Assembly: GCA_028826165.1 (NCBI GenBank)
Contig: JAPDFW010000081.1
Span: forward strand, 62,001 to 126,000
Direction of reading: 5' to 3'
Source of the DNA: Anaeramoeba ignava BMAN
Taxonomy: Eukaryota; Protista; Anaeramoebae
Length of the DNA stretch: 64,000 nucleotides
The notes beneath the pieces were generated by a model. That model saw nothing but the letters and a program-made list of their open reading frames with translations, was not told the DNA's origin and did no database searches. This document shows, in pieces, positions 33,173 to 46,931 of this stretch (its first letter is position 1; each line of letters starts with the position of its first letter). Made by a program: the position numbers and the translations under genes.

Positions 33173-36100
33173 ATGAGTGATTCAGATTCTTCTTATTCAA
33201 CTTCAAATGAAGATCCTGAAACTTCTTCAGGTTCAGAAATGTAAAAACAAAATATATAAGAAATATAAAAAAAAAAGTCAAAATCAAACAGTTTTTTTTT
33301 TTTAAAATGATTTTTATTTAAAAAATAAAACAAAATCGTTTCATTTTCATAATTTAGTATCGATGACGACGATGATGAAGATTATGATAGTGATGATGAT
33401 TTTGGTTTTGATGCTATTAAGCCAACTAATGAAAAAAGAGAAGATAAAATTGAGTAAAAAAATAAGCAATAAAAATTATAAAAGAATTTTTAACTGAAAC
33501 TCTTAAATGATATTTTTAATAATAAAATATAAAAGTCCAGTTGAAGATGAGTTAGCTAAAAGAGCAACAACAGTAGCTACAAAAGCATTAGTTAAAGAAT
33601 TTAGAGCAATGAAAGCTTTAGGTCCAGAACAAGGAATTAAAACAGAATTGGTTAAAGATGATCTATTTCATTGGCATGTATGCACTAAATTTAAATTAAA
33701 ATTAAAATTAAATTCAATATTAAAATTAAAAATTAAAATTAAAATTAATAATTAATAATTAAAATTAAAATTAAAATTAAAATTAAAATTAAAATTAAAA
33801 ATAAAATTAAAATTAAAATTAATAATTAAAATTAATATTAAAATTAAAATTAAAATTAAAATTAAAATTAAAATTAAAAATTAAAATTAAAATTAAAATT
33901 AAAATTAATATTAAAATTAAAATTAAAATTAAAATTAAAATTAAAATTAAAATTAAAATTAAAATTAAAATTAAAATTAAAATTAAAATTAAAATTAATA
34001 ATTAAAATTAAAATTAAAATTAAAATTAAAATTAAAATTAAAATTAAAATTAAAATTAAAATTAAAATTAAAATTAAAATTAAAAAATTAAAATTAAAAT
34101 TAAAATTAAAATTAAAATTAAAATTAAAATTAAAATTAAAATTAAAATTAAAATTAAAATCAAAATTAAAATTAAAATTAAAATTAAAATTAAAATTCAA
34201 AATTAAAATTAAAATTAAAATTAAAATTAAAATTAAATTTAAAATCAAAATTAAAATTAAAATTAAAATTAAAATTAAAATCAAAAATCAAAATTAAAAT
34301 TAAAATTAAAATTAAAAATTAAAATCAAAATTCATTTTGAATTTAAAATTAAAATTAAAATTCAAAATTAAAATTAAAATTCATTTATAAAATTAAAAAT
34401 TAAAATTAAAATTAAAATTAATTTATAAAATTAAAATTAAAATTAAAATTAAAATTAAAATTAAAAATTAAAATCAAAATTAAAATTAAAATTAAAATTA
34501 AAATTAAAATCAAAATTAAAATTAAAATTAAAATTAAAATCAAAATTAAAATCAAAATTAAAATTAAAATTAAAAAAAAATTAAAATTAAAATTAAAATT
34601 AAAATTAAAATTAAAATTAAAATTAAAATTAAAATTAAAATTAAAATTAAAAATTAAAATAAAAATTAAAATTAAAATTAAAATTAAAATTAAAATTAAA
34701 ATTAAAATTAAAATTAAAATTAAAATTAAAATTAAATTAAAATTAATAATTAAAATTAAAATTAAAAAGGTAAAAATTTTGATCAAAAAAAAATTCAAAA
34801 AAATCTTTTAAAAACAAAAGATAAAAATTTTAAAATTCAATTTCCAGAAATTTCCATTTGATCCACCATATATTTAAATTTAAAAACCAAAATTAAATTT
34901 TTAAAGGACATTAAAATTAAAATTAAAAAAAAATTAAACTAAAAGTGGTTGGACTCCTGCTTATTCAAAATCTTAAAATTTAAAGCTTAAAATGGATGAA
35001 GGAAAAATTAAAATTAAATTTAAAATCATGATGAAAATGGTAAAATTAAATTAAACAAGCTTTTTATGAGGTAAAAATTAAAATTAAAATCAAAATCAAA
35101 ATTAAAATTTAAAATTAAAATTAAAATTAAAATTAAAATTAAAATTAAAATTAAAATTTAAAATTAAAATTAAAAATTAAAATTAAAATTAAATTAAAAA
35201 GGTAAGATTGAGCGATTTTGATCCAAAAGAAGGACTTCAAAAAGATCTTTTAAAAACAAAAGATAAGAATATTTTACTTTCTGTTCAATTTCCAGAAGGA
35301 TTTCCATTTGATCCACCATATATTCGAGTTGTTCGACCAAGATTTCAATTTTTAACAGGACATGTAACAATTGGAGGTGCAATTTGTACTCAATTATTGA
35401 CTAAAAGTGGTTGGACTCCTGCTTATTCAATGGAATCTGTTATAATTCAACTTAGAGCTGGAATGGATGAAGGAAAAGCTAGACTTGATTTAAATCGTCA
35501 TGATGAATATGGTGAAATGGAAGCTAAACAAGCCTTTATGAGGTAATTTTTTTTATTAAAATTAAAATCAAAATTAAAATTAAAATCAAAATCAAAATTA
35601 AAATTAAAAATTAAAATTAAAATTAAAATTAAAATTAAAATCAAAATTAAAATTTAAAATCAAAATCAAAATTAAAATCAAAATCAAATTCAAAATTAAA
35701 ATCAAAATCAAAATCAAAATTAAAATCAAAATCAAAATCAAAATTAAAATTAAAAATTAAAATTAAAATTAAAATTAAAATTAAAAATTAAAATTAAAAT
35801 TAAAATTAATTTATAAAATTAAAATTAAATTAAAATTAATTTATAAAATTAAAATTAAAATTAAAAATTAAAATTAAAATTAAAAATCAAAATCAAAAAA
35901 TTAAAATTAAAATTAAAATTAAAATTAAAATTAAAATTAAAATTAAAATTAAAATTTAAAATCAAAATCAAAATTAAAATCAAAATTAAAATCAAAATTA
36001 AAATCAAAATTTAATTCAAAATTAAAATTAAAATTATAATCAAAATTATAATCAAAATTAATTTATAAAATTAAAATTAAAATTAAAATTAAAATTAAAA

Positions 36101-36364
36101 TTAAAATTAAAATCAAAATTAAAATTAAAATTAAAATTAAAATTAAAATTAAAATTAAAATTAAAATTAAAATTAAAATTAAAATTAAAATCAAAATTAA
36201 AATTCAATCCAAAATTAAAATTAAAATTAAAATTAAAAATAAAATTATATTTAAAATTAAAATTAAAATTAAAATCAAAATTAAAATCAAAATCAAAATT
36301 CATTTTGAATTTAAAATTAAATTTAAAAAATAGATTTGTTTCGAAATATGGATGGAAAGTTTAA
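33173..36364 (+). CDS. Ubiquitin-conjugating enzyme E2, UBE2Q-like, acidic N-terminus, 5 exons
   Basis: ATKALVKEFR, DDLFHWHV, FPEGFPFDPPYIRVVRPRF, GHVTIGGAICTQLLTKSGWTPAYSMESVI (catalytic Cys), ending KYGWKV. Introns include 33678-35201 and 35543-36333. Confidence 0.9.
34770..35072 (+). pseudogene. Degenerate copy of E2 exon 4 interleaved with (AAAATT)n inside intron 3
   Basis: Colinear fragments identical to exon 35202-35542, e.g. ttccatttgatccaccatatatt, ctaaaagtggttggactcctgcttattcaa, atggatgaaggaaaa, ttatgaggtaa. Confidence 0.7.
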
Positions 36365-36642
36365 TCAATTTCATTAAAATTTAAATTTTTAAGAACAAAT
36401 CAAAATCAAAATTAAAATCAAATCATTTTTTTTTTTGAATCATTTTCATTTTCTCTCATTTTTTTTTTTGAATTTTTTAAAAAATGGAAAATTCTCAAGA
36501 ATTAAAAAAAAAGCAATAAATACTTCAAAAAAAAAATTTTTTTCAATTTAGATTCTCTTTTTTTGTTATTTTAAAAAATATTTTTTTTTTTAATTTAAAA
36601 AAAACAAAATTCATTTTTTTTCTTTTATTCATTATTATTAAA

Positions 36643-39600
36643 ATGGCAGATAACGAAAAACCCAAAATTGAAAATGAAACTGAAAAAGAAACTGAAAAAG
36701 AAAAAACAGATGAAAATTTACCACAAGAAGTAGCAAAAACAAATGCAGAAGTATTATTTAAAGATATGTTCAGAAGAGCCGATAAAAACGGTAAAAAGCA
36801 AAAATTTTTTTTTCTAAAATTTAAATTAAAAAAAAATTAATTAAAAATTTCAATTTAAATTTATAATTAAATTTAAAGATGATCATGCAATTTCCTATGA
36901 TGAATGGATTGAATTCTTTGATGATGGAGTTTTAAATAAGGAAGAATTACAACAATTATTTGATTTAATTGATTTGGATCACAATGGGTTTGAATGATTT
37001 GATTTAATTTAATTTAATTCAATTTATATTTTTCTTTTTGTTCTTAATTATCATTTTTAATTATTTATTATTTTCTATTCAAAGTGTTTTGGATGTAGAT
37101 GAGATTTGCAGTAAGATTTTCATTAAATACCATTTATATATATTTATAGCAATTTCGAGACAATTTAATAAACAATTTAATATACAATTTAATAAACAAT
37201 TTAATAAGCAATTTAATAAAAAATTTAATATACAATTTAATAAACAATTTAATATAAAATTTAATATATAATTTAATAAACAATTTAATAAACAATTTAA
37301 TATACAATTTAATATACAATTTAATAAACAATTTAATAAACAATTTAATATAAAATTTAATATAAAATTTATTATATAATTTAATATACAATTTAATATA
37401 AAATTTAATATACAATTTAATATACAATTTAATAAACAATTTAATATATAATTTAATATACAATTTAATATAAAATTTAATATATAATTTAATATACAAT
37501 TTAATATATAATTTAATATATAATTTAATATAAAATTTAATATACAATTTAATATACAATTTAATATAAAATTTAATATATAATTTAATATACAATTTAA
37601 TAAAAATTTAATAAAATTTAATTATAAAATTTAATATATAATTTAATATATAATTTAATATAAAATTTAATATACAATTTAATAAACAATTTAATATACA
37701 ATTTAATATATAATTTAATAAACAATTTAATAAACAATTTAATATATAATTTAATATACAATTTAATATACAATTTATAACAATTTAATATAAAATTTAA
37801 TTATAATTTTAATATATAATTTTAATATACAATTTAATATATAATTTAATATATAATTTAATAAAACAATTTAATAAACAATTTAACATACAATTTAATA
37901 AATAATTTAATAAACAATTTAATATACAATTTAATATAAAATTTAATATACAATTTAATAAATAATTTAATATACAATTTAATATACAATTTTAATAAAT
38001 AATTTAATATATAATTTAATATACAATTTTAATAAATAATTTAATATATAATTTTAATATACAATTTAATATACAATTTAATAAATAATTTAATAAACAA
38101 TTTAATATAAAATTTAATATACAATTTAATATAAACAATTTAATATAAAATTTAATATACAATTTAATATACAATTTAATATACAATTTAATATACAATT
38201 TAATATAAACAATTTAATATAAAATTTAATATACAATTTAATATACAATTTAATATACAATTTAATATACAATTTAATAAGCAATTTAATATATAATTTA
38301 ATAAACAATTTAACAAACAATTTAATATAAAATTTAATATATAATTTAATATACAATTTAATAAATAATTTAATAAACAATTTAATATAAAATTTAATAT
38401 ACAATTTAATATACAATTTAATAAACAATTTAATATAAAATTTAATATACAATTTAATATATAATTTAATAAATAATTTAATATACAATTTAATAAACAA
38501 TTTAATATACAATTTAATATACAATTTAATATATAATTTAAATATAATTTAATAAAACAATTTAATAAACAATTTAATATAAAATTTAATATATAATTTA
38601 ATATACAATTTAATAAATAATTTAATAAACAATTTAATAAACAATTTAATATATAATTTAATATATAATTTAATATACAATTTAATATAAAATTTAATAT
38701 ACAATTTAATATAAAATTTAATATAAAATTCAATATATAATTTAATATACAATTTAATATATAATTTAATATATATTTTAATATATAATTTAATATAAAA
38801 TTTAATATATAATTTAATATATAATTTAATATAAAATTTAATATATAATTTATAATCAAATTTAATTTAGCTTATTTTTCAAAGGGATTTGACACTTTTG
38901 AAGGACTTTTTGATTCAGTACATAATATTAATGTTTCAGTTCATAAAACATTAAACAAAGTTGCAGAAGTAAAAAATCAAGAAAAAAAATCAGAAAAGAA
39001 AATTTTTGGAAAATTAAATTTAAAATTATTTTTTGTTAATTAATAGACATATCATTCATCTTCTCGTTTTGACCAATTTAAAATTAGACTTTATTTAAAA
39101 GAAGTTATTAATTCATTTGAATCATTAAATGGTCCAATTGAAAACGCTCTTGATTTTCTTTATAAATCAAAATCAAATGAGTAAAATTAAATTTCAAAAA
39201 ATTCATTTCAAAAAATTTAAATTCAAAAATTCAAATTCAAAAAATTTAATTCAAAATATTTAAATTCAAAAAATTTAAATTATTTAAATTCAAAAAAATT
39301 TAAATTCAAAAATTCATTTCAAAAAATTTAATTTCAAAAATTCATTTTAAAAAAATTCAATTAAAAAAATTTAATTCAAAAAATTTCAAAAAATTTAAAT
39401 TCAAAAATTCATTTCAAAAAAATTTAAATCAAAAAATTTAAATTCAAAAATTCATTTTAAAAAAATTTAATTCAAAAATTCAAAAAAATTTAGACCAGTT
39501 CAAAGCCAAAATATTGATTTCTTAATGGACCATACATTCAAATCAAATGCAAAAAATTTGGATTACGAACAATTGATGAATGAACCAACTTTTGATAGTG

Positions 39601-40208
39601 AATTTGATCGACAAGTTTATCGGTTATCTAAACTAATTGACAAAATTGATGTTTCTTCTGTTGTTCCTCAAGAAGTAAATAATCTAATTTTTTTTAAAAA
39701 TGAATTTAGATTTATTTTTAATTTAAATAAAAACAAAAAAAAAGTCAAAATTGAGACTTTCAATTCAATCAACAGAAAAAGAACGCAAAGAAGATTTTGG
39801 AGCACTTCTTTTAGTTTGTAGAGAATATCGAGTGATGAAAGAATATTCTGACAATTTTAACAAACTCTTTGAAGAATATTCACAAGAACTTGAAAAAGAA
39901 GAAGATTGTTACAGGTTTGTTTTTATAATTCAATTTTATCAGTTTTAAAAATAAATTTTTTTTTTGTTCCACTTTTTTGTTCCACTTTTTTTTTTAGTAT
40001 TGATATTAAATCAGTTGATTATGATGACAAGAAAGATTACTTTTCATTCTTTATCTATGAAGTCTGGAAAACAGAAATGTATCTTCAAGATCATCAAAGA
40101 TCAGAACTTTACAAAAATTTCCAAAAAGGATTAATTGATATTCTTGATCAACCAGAAATAACAACCAAAATGATAACACCAGCTGCTTGGTATTCAAAAA
40201 CAAATTAA
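36643..40208 (+). CDS. NECAB-like protein (paired EF-hands + NECAB homology region + C-terminal ABM domain)
   Basis: Spliced: FRRADKNDDHAISYDEW..FFDDGVL..EELQQLFDLIDLDHNGVLDVDEIC; DQFKIRLYLKE; QVYRLSKLIDK; FFIYEVW....LQDH.......FQK..ID.LDQPE..T.M.TPAAW. Colinear with NECAB1-3 as recalled. Confidence 0.8.
37111..38870. repeat. Intronic 12-bp satellite (AATTTAATATAC variants)
   Basis: Fills a GT-AG intron of the NECAB-like gene. Confidence 0.9.
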
Positions 40209-40384
40209 TTTTCTTTCTTCGCTTTTCTTCACTTCTTTTTAATTTCTTTTCAAAATTCAAAATTCAAAATTCAAAATTTAAAAATTCAAAATTCTTTTTT
40301 AAAAAAAAAAATTAAAAGAAAAAAAAAAATTTATGATTTTATTTGTATTTTTAAATTAGAATTTAAATTAAATTAAATTTTTGA

Positions 40385-43300
40385 TTATTTTTGTGAAATT
40401 TTTGTAAAAAGATTTTGAAGAAATTCTTTAAATTCTCTTTTTAATATTGCAATTTGTTTTTGGTTTTTCTCTTGAAGAAAAGAATTCAAATAGTTTAAAT
40501 ATTGATTAGCAAAAAGATCTGTTTCATCACCAAAATTTGAAAGCAAAGCAGGAAAAACAACAGATTTTAAATGATCCAAAAAGTCATTTGGACATTTTTT
40601 GATTAAAGTAAATTGGATCTGAGTAAGTTCGCCTAAAATCAAGTGATTTTTATCTTGGAAAACAGAGAAATCAAACAGCAAAGGAACAACATTTTGGAAA
40701 AGGAAATTTTGATAACCATTGACAGTTCCGACCCATTGAGAAATGGAATAGTCGAAGAAATTAAAGCAAGTCATTAAAATTTGGTTGTTTTCCGATTCGC
40801 TGTTCAAGTCGTTAATTATTGCAAATAAAATCTCCTCCAAATGACTAGAATTTTTGTCAGTTAAAAACAATTCGGGACAATTTTTAATAACCGACAGTAA
40901 AAAAGAATGATAAGATTGTTTAATCAAAACTTGCTCTCTTCTTGTTTCGCTTCTTTTGACAGCAAGCTTAAGATTTTCAATAGAATTTATGTTTGATTGC
41001 AGTTTTTCGTCTTCTTTGTGTTGTATTTCTTGCTGCAATTCACTTTCCCATTTCTGGCTGAGAAATTGTATTTTTTGGCTGATTTTATTCACAATCTCAA
41101 TAAAAAATTCATCCAAAATTGGAAGTAATCGTGATTTGAACTGGAAACAAATATTGGCTGATTAAAGAAAACAAGCTTTGGAAATCTTTCACTTCTTCTG
41201 AAGTTTCAAACATTTTCCAAATAACTTTCGAGAAAATGGGAATTGCGTTAAGACCAAGAGAAATGACGATTCTGTGACAAAAATCAATGATTCTTTGTCG
41301 GATTTCGCTCGATTCAACAACAGTTGTTGCGATTTGCCAGATCAAGTCAGAAATCCCGTTTGAAATTTCGACGATTTTCTCGTTTTTTTGGATCGAAGTT
41401 GAAAATCTTTTGACGAAAGAAGTAATTGAAGAAATGCAGTGTCCGAGCAAGGTTATAAAGTAGGGTTCAGAAAAGCCGTTATTTGGCGAGTACTGTGCGA
41501 GAATTTTTGTGATTGAGGAGCCGATCAGGTTGATTATTTGCAGGAAAACCTCTTCAGGCTCAAGAAGAACTTCCTGCTGATTTTGGTTTGTTTGGTCTGT
41601 TGTATTGCGTATTTTGATCCTCTTCAGAAACGAGAGATCCAAAACGCATCCAGTAATTTCAAATATAACCAGTTGTTTGTCAAGGGAGAAAAAAGTGGAA
41701 TCTTTTTGCAGGGATATTTCCAAAAGAGGCGCCAAAGACGCGAAAATATCGGAGATGAACGGGTGCAAATGATATCGAGTTTCGGTGATAAATCGCAGCA
41801 GGGAATCGCATATCTCGCTGCGTATATACTCGTCGGGATTCAGAAGTCCCCGCTCGTCAAGAAAGGCCTTCATAACGCCGGGTATAAACTCGGTATTCAA
41901 ATTGAAGAACCGAGACACTTTCGAGACCAAATAGAAAAATTTGGGTGTGACTGAGCGATGCTGAAAAGAAGATAACGGACTTGTTATTATTGTGGAAATG
42001 ACTTGGTATAAAAAAGACTCGTTTTCGTTCTGGATGCTCTTTTTCTTCTCAAAATCCCCGACGGGAATAACATCCAGAATGATGTAAATAAGCTCCAAAA
42101 CAATTTCCACTTCCGAAAAATGCACCTGATTTCCTGAATTGATTGCCTCCATTATTGACTGGAGTAAATTTGTGTATAAATTCTCCACTGGGGAGCTCCA
42201 TAACCGATATATGTTTCGGAATATTTTTAGAAGCTCGACTCGATATTGCTGGAAATCTTGTTCATAAGTGTCTGTGTTATAGAAATCATATTCGTCAGTA
42301 AATTTCGAATTTGTAATCACAATCTCGATTACTTGAGAAACATATTCTTGTTGGCTTTCTGTCAGAATGGGCTTGTCTTGGTTCTGTTCAATACTCAAGC
42401 TTTTTCTCCAAATCGGAGAGAAAACTAATAAATTCTGATAAAAAAGGTGTCAGTTCTCTTGCAAGAGAGATATTTCGCAGCGACGCAAATCGGAAGCAAA
42501 CTGCAAGCCATCCTTCCAAATGACTCCAGATCTGCTCAACCATTTGGGCATCGTTGATGTTTTTTAGTATTTTGCTCGAGCATTCGCAGATCTTGAGTCC
42601 AATCACGCCAACAATTTTGCTGATCCAAATGTAGAAATCAATATCATCTTCATTTGTTAATTCAATTGCCAAAATTCCTTCTTTGATTTGCAATTCTTCA
42701 ATTAAATTTATTTTGGCTTCAGGATCCATTCCCTTTTTGATAATTTCCTGCAAACACATAAAGGCTCCTTCGCAGAATGTTTGCGGTGAAAAATACGAGG
42801 ACATTTCACTGATAAAGTCTTGATCCACAACCAAGGATACTTCGAACCAATGGATATGAAGCGAGATTGCTCTGAAGCAATTATTAACAAATACTTCATT
42901 TTCGTTTTTGGCCAATTTGATTGTTGAGAGAATCAACGGCACAATTGTTTCAAAAACGTTATTCAATCGGAGATCGTCTTTAATTTTGGATACTTCGTTT
43001 GGAGAGTGTATTTGATATGGTGATAAATAATAATCTAAGCTTTCCAAGATACGGTTAAGTGTATCAATTCTGTAGAATAATTGTTGGTTGTTTTCTGATT
43101 GATTAATAATTGTGATTAAATCTGTCCAAGCATTTGGCCATCTTTCAGGGAATTCAATCTTTGTTAATAATATGAATAATTGAGCGATTTTATTTTTGAA
43201 GACTAAATTTTACAAATAAATTTTACAAATAAATTTTATAAATAAATTTTATAAATAAATTTTAATTTCAAAATAAATTTTAATTTCAAAATGATTTCAA

Positions 43301-44129
43301 TTTTAATTTCCAAATGAATTTTATAAATAAATTTAAATTTCAATTTTAATTTCAAAATAAATTTTACAAATAAATTTTAATTTCCAAATGAATTTTACAA
43401 ATAAATTTTAATTTTAATTTCAAAATAAATTTTACAAAATAAATTTTTATAAATAAATTTCAAAATAATTTCAATTTTAATTTCAAAATAAATTTTATAA
43501 ATAAATTTCAATTTCAAAATAAATTTTATAAATAAACTTTATAAATGAATTTTATAAATAAATTTTAATTTTAAAATAAATTTTATAAATAAATTTTATA
43601 AATAAATTTTATAAATAAATTTTATAAATAAATTTTATAAATAAATTTTATAAATAAATTTTATAAATAAATTTTATAAATAAATTTTATAAATAAATTT
43701 TAATTTCAAAATGAATTTTATAAATAAATTTTATAAATAAAATCAATTTCAAAATAAATTTTATAAATAAATTTTAATTTCAAAATGAATTTTATAAATA
43801 AATTTTAATTTACAAATTGGTGCATTTGTGGAATTATTTATCCATTTCATAACCTCAAGTTTAAATTCATTAAGTTGATCACTACTAAATTGTGATGGGT
43901 TTTTTTCTAATGCTTCTGACAAAACTGATAATAAAAATATTAAAAGTTGTGAATTAACATTTTTTTTGTAAAAAACTCCATAAAAAGCTAATTTCCATGA
44001 ATCTGTTGTATTTTTAAATTCTTCTAAAAGTTGAACAACATCTTTTTGTTCTTCTTGTTTAATATTTGGGTTTGATGTTGTTAAAATTAATAATTTAAGT
44101 TCATCAAGCTGATGATCAAATTCTTCCAT
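40385..44129 (-). CDS. XPOT: Exportin-T (tRNA exportin, Xpo-t/Los1-like); intron 43203-43813, apparent frameshifts near 42400 and 41150
   Basis: KNKIAQLF..EFPERW; IKDDLR; IHWFEVSLVV; EIIKKGMDPEAK; FLDERGLLNPDEYIRSEIC..LLRF (cf. FLDHRGL....VRSRTAYLFSRF). Confidence 0.82.
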
Positions 44130-44197
44130 TAAAAAATTTGTTTTGTTTTGTTTTTTTTTTATAAATATTAAAAAAATGAAAAATGAAAAATGAAAAA

Positions 44198-44620
44198 AAT
44201 CAAAAATTTTTTCTTTTTCTTATTCTTTAAATTAAATGTCTGAATTCTCCTTTTTTTTAAATTAATTCTTTTTATTAATTTATTTAAAAAAATTAAAATT
44301 AATTTAATTATGTTAAATTTAATATTTATTTTTAATTATAAATTAATAAAATTTTAAATCAAAAATTTTTTCTTTTTCTTATTCTTTAAATTAAATGTCT
44401 GAATTCTCCTTTTTTTTAAATTAATTCTTTTTATTAATTTATTTAAAAAAATTAAAATTAATTTAATTATGTTAAATTTAATATTTATTTTTAATTATAA
44501 ATTAATGAAATTTTAAATCAAAAATTTTTTCTTTTTCTTATTCTTTAAATTAAATGTCTGAATTCTCCTTTTTTTTTAAATTAAATCTTTTTATTAATTT
44601 ATTTAAAAAAAATTAAAAAA
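44198..44620. repeat. 159-bp tandem repeat (~2.7 copies) in the divergent intergenic region
   Basis: 'aatcaaaaatttttctttttcttattctttaaattaaatgtctgaattctcc' at about 44198, 44357 and 44516. Confidence 0.88.
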
Positions 44621-44701
44621 GATCTGCCAGAAAACATCCTTAAATTTAATTCAAAAAAAAAAAAAGTTCATTTGAAAATTTTTTTTTTTTTCATTTTAAA
44701 A

Positions 44702-46886
44702 ATGAATTTTGAAAAAGATCAAATTGAAATTTTTTTGGAAAATTGGTTAATTAATAACCTTTCTCAAATAATCTCTCAAATTCCTTCATTATTTGAAAAA
44801 AGAAATCAAAAAATTTGGATAATCAATTTAAAAATTGATTTAATGATTTTAGCAGATCTTAATCGTAAAAATAATCAAAATTCTTTTTCTTTTTTGTTGA
44901 ATTTTAATTTTAATTTTAATTTTATTTTTAGCTTTATTTGCAATGTTTATTCTGAAATTTTTTCAACCTGATCTGATCAAATTAACAAGAAAGAAATTAA
45001 GAAAAATTCTCCAAGAAAGAAATCTAATTCCTTTTTTAAATTCTTCTAAATTAATTAAGGTCAATTTAAGATTGAAATCTCTTCCTTTCAAAAAGTAATT
45101 ATTTTCATGTTTTTTTTCTTTCATTTTTCTTTAAAAATTAATCGATTTTCATTCAAAGTCTTCATCTTCAAATAAATGAAATTAATTCCCAAAAAACAAA
45201 AATCCAAAATCCACTTTCTCAATTGATCTCATTTTGTGGAATTGTTCTTCAAAAAGAAGAACCAGCAAATGAAATTTACAGTAAACTTTTTTATTGTTCA
45301 AAATGCAAAAAAATCAAAATCCAAATAGAAAAAGAAACAGAAAAAGGAAAAGGAAAAGGAAAAGGTTATTTTGTTTGTAAAAAATGTTATGTCAGAATGA
45401 AAGAAGATCTTACTAGAAGAGAATACATAGAAACTCAATCAATCCTAGTTTCCCAAGATTTAAATTTCAAGAAAAATGCCACTTCAGAAATCTCTTCAAA
45501 AATTTCTTCAAGAACTTTCATTTGGGTTGATTTATCAGAAGATTTGTTAAAAAAAGATATTCCCATTGGAAGTTTTGTAAATGTCATTGGATTTCTTCAA
45601 TTCCAATTTCTTTTAAATTCAAAACCAAGAACAGGAGATCTCAAGGTTAATGCAAATCAAATCAAATTATTGAATCATGAGAATTTGAGAAAACAATCTC
45701 TTCTTGATCTCAAATCAAAATCAAAATCAAACTTTGATCAAATTTTTCTTCATTTCCAAAACAAAAAAAGGAAAATTCAAATCTTTAAGGAAAAATTAAT
45801 TGATCCTTTTCTCAAATTTTTAACACCAGAAGATACTTTTTCAAAATTAAAAATTGCGTTATTAGTTTGCTTAGTTTCTATCAATCAGTTTCATATCCTT
45901 GTTATTGGAGGTAAAAATTGTATATTTTTTCTTTTCTTGATTTATTTACTTATTCCAAAAAAAAAAAAAAAGATCATGGAGGATTAATTCAGGAAATTAT
46001 CAAAGAAGCAATTTCTCACAATCATTGTTATTATATCCATTCTGTGAATAAAAATTCTTCTTCTTTATCACTTTCAATTCTAATGGCAAGAGATGGAATT
46101 TTGTTTGTTCCTCTTTTAGAAGAAATGAATAAAAAGGATCTTTCCATTTTGAAACATGCAATGGAAGGGGAAATTTCAATTAATAATATCAAAACAACAA
46201 CTAGATGCAAAATAATTTGCCAATCATATAATCATATTTTATCAAAAACAAATCAGAACAAGAAATCTTTGCCTAAAAATATTCTTGATAAATTCCATCT
46301 TATTGTTGAAAACCAAGACAAAGTGGATCATGGAACAGATGAAATTTTCTCAAATCAAATATTTTCCAAATTAAAAAATGAGGAAGAAAATATCCAACAA
46401 AAAAAAGATGATCAGAATCGAAAACTACTTTTCTCTCTTTTTATTCAATTCGCACAATTTGAAATCAAACCACAATTTACTGAATTGGCAAACAAATTGA
46501 TTCAGTCCTATTTTGTTTCTTGTCGAAAAATGATGGAGGAAAATGTTTTTGGAAATGGAAATGGAATTAGACCAATTTCTCTTGATTCACTAACTCAAAT
46601 TTCCATTTGCATTGCTCAATTATCTTTGTCCCAAAAAGTAACTTTGCAAGATGCAATTATCAGTATTTGGATCTTTGAAGAAAATTTACTTTCTGAATCA
46701 GGAAAGGCGTTTATTCTTTCTCGTCAAGAATCACATGGAAAATGTTCTCTTTCTGATCTTTGTTTGATTCAACCAAAAAAAGATTCTTCAAATTTAATCA
46801 AATTCCAATTCCAAAATTTCTCAAATCAATTAATTCAATTCTGTCAAACTCATACTGATTTTCAAATAGAAGACGATGAAATTTAA
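44702..46886 (+). CDS. Divergent MCM-family protein, MCMDC2-like, multi-exon
   Basis: Zn-finger-like CSKC...CKKC, OB-like IGSFVNVIG, degenerate AAA+ (LMARDGIL..LEEM...HAMEG; LDKFHL) and lid A.KLIQSYFVSCR...LDSLTQIS..IAQLSL..KVTLQDAIISI.IFEE. No intact Walker A. Confidence 0.65.
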
Positions 46887-46931
46887 ATTCAAAAAAAAAT
46901 TTTTTTCATTTTTCATTTTTCATTTTTAAAA

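Noticed and set aside
33173-36364. Functional clustering of the E2 with the RCC1-BTB array
   Set aside because: They are about 13 kb apart with unrelated genes between, and UBE2Q is not the typical cullin-RING E2.
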